Source of the DNA: an uncultured Verrucomicrobiae bacterium
Lineage (GTDB): Bacteria; Verrucomicrobiota; Verrucomicrobiia; Chthoniobacterales; JAFAMB01
Length of the DNA: 64,000 bases
Assembly (NCBI GenBank): GCA_963762565.1
Contig: CAVXLD010000001.1
Span: forward strand, 544,001 to 608,000
Direction: 5' to 3'
Below the pieces are notes generated by a model. The model saw nothing but the letters and a program-made list of their open reading frames with translations. It was not told the origin of the DNA and made no database searches. Shown in pieces: positions 57,949-64,000 of the stretch. The first letter of the stretch is position 1, and every line of letters begins with the position of its first letter. Position numbers and translations under genes: made by a program.

Positions 57949-60387
57949 CTATTCGCGCAGTGCTGTTACAGGGTTAATTCGGATGGCACGTAGCGCCGGC
58001 AACAAGCACGCGAGTAACGCAGCGAAAGAGAGCACGACGATGCTGGCGGCAATCGTGATTGGATCGTTACCGCTAACGCCATAGAGCAGACTTCCCAGGA
58101 ATTGGCTCAAGACCGACGCAGTGAGTACACCGGCAACGACTCCTATCCCAACCATTTTGAAGCCCTGTTTCAGGACGAGGTTCACGATATGATGCCGCAA
58201 GGCGCCTACCGCAATTCGCACCCCAATCTCAGGAGTTTGCCGAGTGACTGAATAAGCCAAAACTCCGTACAAGCCCACGGCGGCCAAAAGTAACGCAGTC
58301 CCGGAGAAGATGCTCACTAAGAGCGCAGCTAATTGTCGCGTCGAAAATCGCTGCGAAATGAAGTTAGAGAAATTGTCGACTCTGGCCAACGGCACGTCAG
58401 GATCGATTGAAGCAACGGCTTGTCGTAAAGCCGGTAGTAATCCTGACGGATCTCGGGCTGATCGGACAAGTAAGATTTCGTAATGAGTAAACTGCTGATA
58501 AAAAGGAAAATAACCGCTGAACTTGGGCGAGTTATTTGGTCCGCCATGTCGCATGTCTTGTACAACACCGACGATCGTCAACCGCTTCTGTGCCATGTAA
58601 GAGCCGGGCAAATCTATTTGTTTGCCGATGGCACTCTGCCCGGGGAAAAAAATATCGGCCAGCCCGCGATTGACAATGACCACCCCTTGCTTATTGCGAG
58701 TGTCACCGTAATTAAAATCTCGTCCCTCCACGATCGAGGCTTTTAGCGTACGGAAATAGCCGGGTGAAATGTTTTGGCCGTTCAAAGTTGGTTCATGTCC
58801 GGGCTCAACCGGCGGCTGAGAAGGAACGATGAACGGCGAATATTCCCCGCCCTCCGAGTTAACAAAGGGTGGGTCATCGCTTAGCGCTGCCGCTGTCACG
58901 CCAGGCACCTGCGACACTTTTTCTAGGACGGATTTGAAGAAGGCGTCGGCTTGCGATTGTTCTTTATACTTCGCGTTCGCCAGGTTGATCTCCACAGCGA
59001 GCACGTTTTGGGGTTCGAACCCTAGCGGGATATTCTGCGCAGCCTCGAAGCTCCGGACGAGCAATCCAGTACCAATTAACAAGACGCAAGCAAGCGCTAC
59101 TTGTCCTGTCGTCATTATTGATTGTGTCCGGGTTCGCTGCGGGCCCGCAGTCCGGTTTCGGCTGCCGGCACTCCTTAGCACCGTCGCTACATCAGTCTTC
59201 GACGAGATAAAGGCCGGGAAGAGCCCGGATAGAAGAGCGGTAAGGCTAATAGCGCCGCCACAGAACAAAAGCGCTTGGGGACTAAGAGAAAGATCAGGGA
59301 CGCGAATTATATCTGCTGGGCTGATCAGTTTTATCAATTCGATCGCCGCTAACGCTATCGGTATCCCAACCAGTCCGCCCACGAGCGAAAGAAGCGTACT
59401 CTCGATGATTAAGTGACCAATCAAGCGGAAGCGAGAGGCTCCTATGGCAGCTCGAATGGTTAGGTCCCGTTGTCGATCCGATGCTCTGGCAACAATAAGA
59501 GTCGCTACGTTTGTGCTCGAAAGCAGAAGCAGGAAAGCGGCAGCGGCGCCCAAGACCCAAAGAGTCGACGCATAATCCGATACCTCGATTTGCTGGGCGC
59601 TCTCCACGTGAACGCCGTAGCCTTTATCTTCCGGGTATCGAGCAGCTAAGTTATCTGCGATTACCTTAAGATCCGCCTCAGCTTGCGCCGGTGTGACGCC
59701 CTCCTTCAGGCGCCCCCAACCCATCAGAAATCGGTTGTCACGAGCCCTCCACGTGTCCCAGCCTGCAATCACGTCAGCTGTATTTAACGGCACCAGAATT
59801 TTTACAGGTTCTCTGGACTCGGTCTCGAGTGCTTCTACCACTCCGATAACCTGAAAACCGGCGCCATTCAGAACGATATTTTTCCCAAGAATGTTGGGAT
59901 CGGCATTAAAGCGATTCCTCCAAAACGGTTCCGTCAGGACCGCGACCCGCGGGCCGCCCGGCTGGTCTTCCTCGGACGTAAACGGTCTCCCTAAAATGAA
60001 AGGGAGGCCATAAGCTTGAAATGCGCTTGCCGTAGCAAAGGCAGCCTTGACCTGTTCTGTTCTGCCTCCGGCACTCAGGCCAATCGAATCCCAATGTTCC
60101 AGCGCGAACGAAGCGAATGAGTGTTGCGCTCGGCAGAAATCAAGAAAATCAGGATAGTCAAAGCTCCCGTAATAGACGTTTTGTGCCGGGTTCGGCGTAA
60201 GCACTGTTACTAACCTGTCCGGCTCCGGATACGGCATGGGTCTCAGCAGCACGGTATCGATTAGACTAAAGATGGCAGTGTTTGCCCCGATACCGAACCC
60301 GAGCACGAGCACTGCGGTGATGGTGAAGCCGGGCGACTTTAGCAAAAGTCGGAGGCTGTAGCGCACAGATGCCAGGAAGCCGTGCAT
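57949..60387 (-). CDS. ADOP-like permease copy A
   Basis: Same motifs; likely start 'MHGFLASVRYSLR'. Confidence 0.92.
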   Translation of the reverse strand: MHGFLASVRYSLRLLLKSPGFTITAVLVLGFGIGANTAIFSLIDTVLLRPMPYPEPDRLVTVLTPNPAQNVYYGSFDYPDFLDFCRAQHSFASFALEHWDSIGLSAGGRTEQVKAAFATASAFQAYGLPFILGRPFTSEEDQPGGPRVAVLTEPFWRNRFNADPNILGKNIVLNGAGFQVIGVVEALETESREPVKILVPLNTADVIAGWDTWRARDNRFLMGWGRLKEGVTPAQAEADLKVIADNLAARYPEDKGYGVHVESAQQIEVSDYASTLWVLGAAAAFLLLLSSTNVATLIVARASDRQRDLTIRAAIGASRFRLIGHLIIESTLLSLVGGLVGIPIALAAIELIKLISPADIIRVPDLSLSPQALLFCGGAISLTALLSGLFPAFISSKTDVATVLRSAGSRNRTAGPQRTRTQSIMTTGQVALACVLLIGTGLLVRSFEAAQNIPLGFEPQNVLAVEINLANAKYKEQSQADAFFKSVLEKVSQVPGVTAAALSDDPPFVNSEGGEYSPFIVPSQPPVEPGHEPTLNGQNISPGYFRTLKASIVEGRDFNYGDTRNKQGVVIVNRGLADIFFPGQSAIGKQIDLPGSYMAQKRLTIVGVVQDMRHGGPNNSPKFSGYFPFYQQFTHYEILLVRSARDPSGLLPALRQAVASIDPDVPLARVDNFSNFISQRFSTRQLAALLVSIFSGTALLLAAVGLYGVLAYSVTRQTPEIGVRIAVGALRHHIVNLVLKQGFKMVGIGVVAGVLTASVLSQFLGSLLYGVSGNDPITIAASIVVLSFAALLACLLPALRAIRINPVTALRE

Positions 60388-60592
60388 AAGTTCCAGGGGG
60401 ATTCCGTGAAGTAGATGGCAGGTTACATGCCAGGTGGAGGGGGGAAGAGGTGATTGGTGATTGGTGATTGGTGGGAGCACCGCGTCAGGCCGAACTGTGG
60501 GTGGACGGTAACTAGGGATCAGTTCGGGGCTGGTGGTCGCCGTATAGCGGTTTGAAGGCAGGTGCGTGCCGCGCGGATGTCGGTTGTGTGGA

Positions 60593-60637
60593 CAACCGTC
60601 TCAAAATGAGAAACGGCGTCTCAACTTGAGACGGTTG
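60593..60637. promoter_or_regulatory. Candidate operator: two GTCTCA-N3-TGAGA(C) palindromes 20 bp apart
   Basis: GTCTCAAAATGAGAA (60598-60612) and GTCTCAACTTGAGAC (60618-60632) in the divergent gap. Confidence 0.5.
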
Positions 60638-60669
60638 CCGAGACAGCCGAGTAACGTAGTGTGCTGGTC

Positions 60670-61275
60670 ATGCCAAGGTTTTTGCTGGGCATTGTCTTTC
60701 TGTTTATGGCCGTTAATTTCGATCCTGTTGTGCATGCCGAAGACAACCGTACAATCCCGAGTACTGGGGGAGAATATTTCGACCACCGCGTGGAAATTCC
60801 GGTACCGGCCTTTGCGCAGGATGATCCGCGGTGGAGCAATGTTCGGCTTGGGCCATCTACGGACACGCTGGGCGACCAGGGCTGCGCGGTGACCTCGGCC
60901 GCGATGGTCGTCGCTTTTTACGGGATCAAAACCGATCCGCAGCAGCTGAATAGTTTCCTTACAAAAGCAGGCGGACTCTCCGATGATGGACTTATTCAGT
61001 GGAGCCGGGTGCCGGCGATCGCGCCCTCCCATTTAGAATTGGCTTACAATGGCTACGCGGCGTACGACCTGATCGACTCGAATTTGCTGACAAAAAATCC
61101 CGTCATTGCGATCATCCATCTGCGGGACGGCGCTTATCATTTCGTTGTGATCGTGGGTAAGGAAGGCCGCAACTACTTGATCCGTGATCCGGCGGCTCCT
61201 GTTTTTCGCCGACCCTACCCGCTGTCCTACCTGACCGATCGGATTGACGGTATCTGCTTTTTTCGGACGATATAG
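60670..61275 (+). CDS. C39-like (papain-fold) peptidase, secreted
   Basis: Signal peptide, 'FAQDDPRW', 'GCAVTSAAM', 'HFVVIVG', 'IRDP'. Confidence 0.85.
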   Translation: MPRFLLGIVFLFMAVNFDPVVHAEDNRTIPSTGGEYFDHRVEIPVPAFAQDDPRWSNVRLGPSTDTLGDQGCAVTSAAMVVAFYGIKTDPQQLNSFLTKAGGLSDDGLIQWSRVPAIAPSHLELAYNGYAAYDLIDSNLLTKNPVIAIIHLRDGAYHFVVIVGKEGRNYLIRDPAAPVFRRPYPLSYLTDRIDGICFFRTI

Positions 61276-61289
61276 CGGGACTCGCCATA

Positions 61290-61372
61290 GGCGTTTGGCG
61301 TTTGGCGTTTGGCGTTTGCGTTTGGCGTTCGGCGTTCGGCGTTTGGCGTTTGGCGTTTGGCGTTCGGCGTCG
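61290..61372. repeat. (GGCGTTY)n heptamer tract of about 11 units
   Basis: ggcgtttggcgtttggcgttt..ggcgttcggcgttcggcg. Confidence 0.95.
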
Positions 61373-61689
61373 GAAATAGCAAATCGCAAATAGCAGATGC
61401 GTTCTGTACGCGATGAATGAATGGCGGTGCCGACACCTTTATGCATCGTCGCGCTCGGTAGGGGGCGATAAAAAAAGGGGTTTCGCCTGGAATAAAAGAG
61501 TTCCCAGGAATCTCGGAACAACGACAGATCCTTCTGCGCAGGATTCGCGCAAAATGCATCACATCCGGCTAGCGACGCAGTTTGCAGGTAAAGCAATTGT
61601 AATCCTCGCCGATACAATTTGACCTACCCCGCCGTCCAATGAACCAAGCAAATAGCACACAAAAAATGCTCCGCAACGCGGCGTTGTTA

Positions 61690-61985
61690 CATCGGCTATC
61701 GGCTATTGGCTATCGGCTATTCGGAGCGAGCTTCAGGCGAGTCTCCGCGGTAAACCAAGGTGGAATAGCTCGTTTGTCGAAATACTGCCAACTTCCACGC
61801 GGCAAAGACCCGAAGATGAATACAAAATTTCACAACAAGGCATCAAAGGCCGCAGTGCAGCGAGACAGAGGATCCACAATACGGAAAGATCACAAAGGAC
61901 ACAAAGACTGAAACTGCAAATCGAATTCCTAAGTTCAGTCCTTGTGACCTTTCCGTATTGTGATCTCTGGTTCCGGTCTTCGGGA
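61690..61985. repeat. GGCTATY heptamers plus an inverted CACAAAG-type element
   Basis: cggctatcggctattggctatcggctat; cagaggatccacaatacggaaagatcacaaaggac / gtccttgtgacctttccgtattgtgatctctg. Confidence 0.8.
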
Positions 61986-62127
61986 ATTTTCTGCGAACTT
62001 GTTGTGTCATTAGCTCACGATGAGGATGATGAGTCGCTTTCTTCGTTTCGTTGGATCCGAAAGTTTCGGCATGATCGCCTCTTCCTCAATTCATGATACC
62101 TTTAGCCCCCCAGGAGTCTTTTTCCCC

Positions 62128-62689
62128 ATGAACAAGCTAATATCCCTCCTCACTATCGGCGCCATCTTCGGCTGCATATCGCCGTCAATGGCGCAGCAGC
62201 ACAAGCGCATCAGCCCCCACGAAACTGTCAGCAAGGTTATTGACGGAAATCGGGTCATGGTTGTTTATGGCCGGCCTTACACCAAAGATCCGAAGAGCGG
62301 CCAAAATCGGAAAATCTGGGGTGAACTCGTTCCTTACGGCGAAGTCTGGCGCACCGGTGCTGACGAAGCCACACTCCTGATCACACAAAAACCGATTGTG
62401 ATGGGCAGTCCACGATTCCGGCCGGCGCTTACACCTTGTGGACTTTGCCAAATGAAGACGGCACCGCCAAACTGATCATCAATAAACAGATTGGCCAATG
62501 GGGAATAGGTCCCGGATCTTATGACGAGAAAGAGGATCTTGCGCGCGTTGATCTGAAGAAAGAAGCACTGGATGCGCCCGTCGATCAATTCACGATGGAG
62601 GTTTCCAAAAAATCGTCTGGTGTGGCGGCGTATTGAGAATGATGTGGGAGAAAACCGCGTTTTCAGTACCGTTCACCGTCCAGAAATAG
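62128..62689 (+). pseudogene. DUF2911 family protein with two single-base frameshifts
   Basis: 'SP..TV', 'YGRP', 'R.IWG.LVPYG.VWRTGADEAT'; continues out of frame as 'TIPAGAYTLWTLP..IINKQIGQWG', then 'GGVLRMMWEKT..VPF'. Confidence 0.8.
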
Positions 62690-62833
62690 CGCCGATCATT
62701 GGACGTGGCAGGATCGTGCCGATGACCGGATGCGTTCACCGGTTCAGTCCAGGGACTGCAGATCGATTCGTGTTGATTCGCTGGCCATTCGCAGTTGATG
62801 AATCAAGTCGTTTCGAATCTTTTATCAGTATCA

Positions 62834-64000
62834 ATGTGTAGACTACCGCATCCACCGGTCAGTCTGGCCTGTGGAATTGCCATGCTCAGCCTGCCAATAG
62901 GCGGATTCTCGCAACCGGTTCCCGGGGCAGAGATTTTACGACAGTTGCGCGGCTTCCGCGAAATGGGCAGCGTGCTTTATATTGCGGCGCATCCCGATGA
63001 TGAAAACACAGAATTGATCACCTATTTCGCCCGGGGCAGAAATTATCGCACCGCCTATCTTTCGCTTACACGCGGCGATGGCGGACAAAATGTGCTCGGC
63101 CCCGAATTTGGCAGTGAGATCGGCGTGATTCGCACCCAGGAATTGCTCGCCGCTCGACGCATTGATGGCGGCCGGCAATTCTTTTCCCGGGCGGTTGATT
63201 TCGGTTTTTCCAAGGATTACCGCGAGACCTTGAGAATTTGGGATCGGCAAGAGGTATTGAGCGACATCGTGCGGGTCATCCGCCAGTTTCGACCCGACGT
63301 CCTGATCACGCGTTTTTCTCCCATTCCGGGCCGCACGCACGGACACCACACAGCGTCAACGGTGCTGGCCCTGGAAGCCTTTAAACTTGCCGGCGATCCG
63401 AAGGCTTTTCCAGAACAGGGACTGAAGCCGTGGCAACCAAAACGCATTGTTTGGAATGAATCAATTTATCAAAAGGATGATATCGGTGGAGCTCAACAAG
63501 TACGCATTGACGTCGGCGGCAAAGATCCGGTAACCGGGGAGCCATTCACGGTTCTCGCCGGCCGGAGCCGTTCCATGCACAAGACTCAAGGCTTTGGCAA
63601 CTTCGCCATTCCTGTCAGGCCGGGACCGAGATTTGAAACATTCCAACTTCTGGATGGCGCGCCGATGCAAATGATGTGCTCGACGGCGTTGATACTACTT
63701 GGGGCCGCGTACCTGGCGGCGCTGAAATTGGGAAATCGGTTGACGAAATTATTGCTCAATTCGATTCACAAAATCCGGCCGCAAGCGTGCCCGCATTATT
63801 AAAATTGCGGAGCGAACTGGCTGCATTGCCAATCGGCGATTCTGTGGTGACCGAAAAACGGGCTCAGCTTGACCGTATTTTGCAGGCTTGTCTCGGTCTG
63901 GAAGTGCAGACCACAATTTCAGCGGCCGAAGTAGTGCCAGGCGAAACGATGAAGCTGCATCACTCTGTGGTGATTCATTCCAGCATTCCAGTCCGTTGGG
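62834..64000 (+). CDS. PIG-L/LmbE family deacetylase, large secreted type; frameshift near 63665; runs off the window
   Basis: 'IAAHPDDE', 'TRGDGGQN', 'RTQEL', 'DFGFSK', 'HGHH', 'SMHKTQGFG'; after the shift 'DVLDGVDTTW.RVPGG..NPAASVPALL' stays open to the window end. Confidence 0.85.

Noticed and set aside
55424..58227. Diversity-generating retroelement TR/VR pair
   Set aside because: The copies are identical rather than differing at adenines, both are coding, and there is no reverse transcriptase in the window.
48551..60387. Integron cassette array
   Set aside because: The spacers show no attC-like RYYYAAC/GTTRRRY-bounded hairpins and there is no integrase.
61033..61617. ORFs with 'RQTPNA' repeats (also 13948-14322, 37361-37590, 2797-3392)
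   Set aside because: They are translations of non-coding micro-repeats that happen to lack stop codons, and they overlap real genes.
1..64000. tRNA, rRNA or prophage genes
   Set aside because: No cloverleaf, rRNA signature or phage structural/integrase ORF was recognised. A covariance-model scan was not possible.

Overview
This is a gene-dense bacterial chromosome segment of about 55% GC, probably from Verrucomicrobia (Chthoniobacterales/Spartobacteria-like). That assignment is inferred from gene style and the pyrimidine-rich, SD-less starts. The left half is mostly housekeeping: sugar ABC permeases, aguB-aguA, dapF, an LptF/G-type permease, gcvP divergent from gcvT-gcvH, trpD, an MFS transporter, prolyl oligopeptidase, secG, an OppA-like lipoprotein and astD. 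The middle holds an ECF sigma plus Ser/Thr kinase-TPR pair, a convergent TIR-STAND NTPase-TPR gene, and a REP-associated tyrosine transposase (RAYT) flanked by inverted GGAG-tagged REPs with unusually large loops. The right half has an ABC ATPase with a permease-M1 peptidase fusion, a tandem array of five orphan duplicated MacB/FtsX-type (ADOP-like) permeases, a C39-like peptidase, DUF2911 and a PIG-L deacetylase. The most striking signal is non-coding. Nearly every intergenic gap is filled by nested inverted elements built from more than 10 different 6-9 nt tandem micro-repeat families and at least four G(T/G)AG-tagged REP families. These often touch or supply stop codons. Several genes are broken by internal deletions, a truncation or single-base frameshifts. 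No rRNA, tRNA or CRISPR array was seen. All product calls come from motif recognition by eye, not from database searches.
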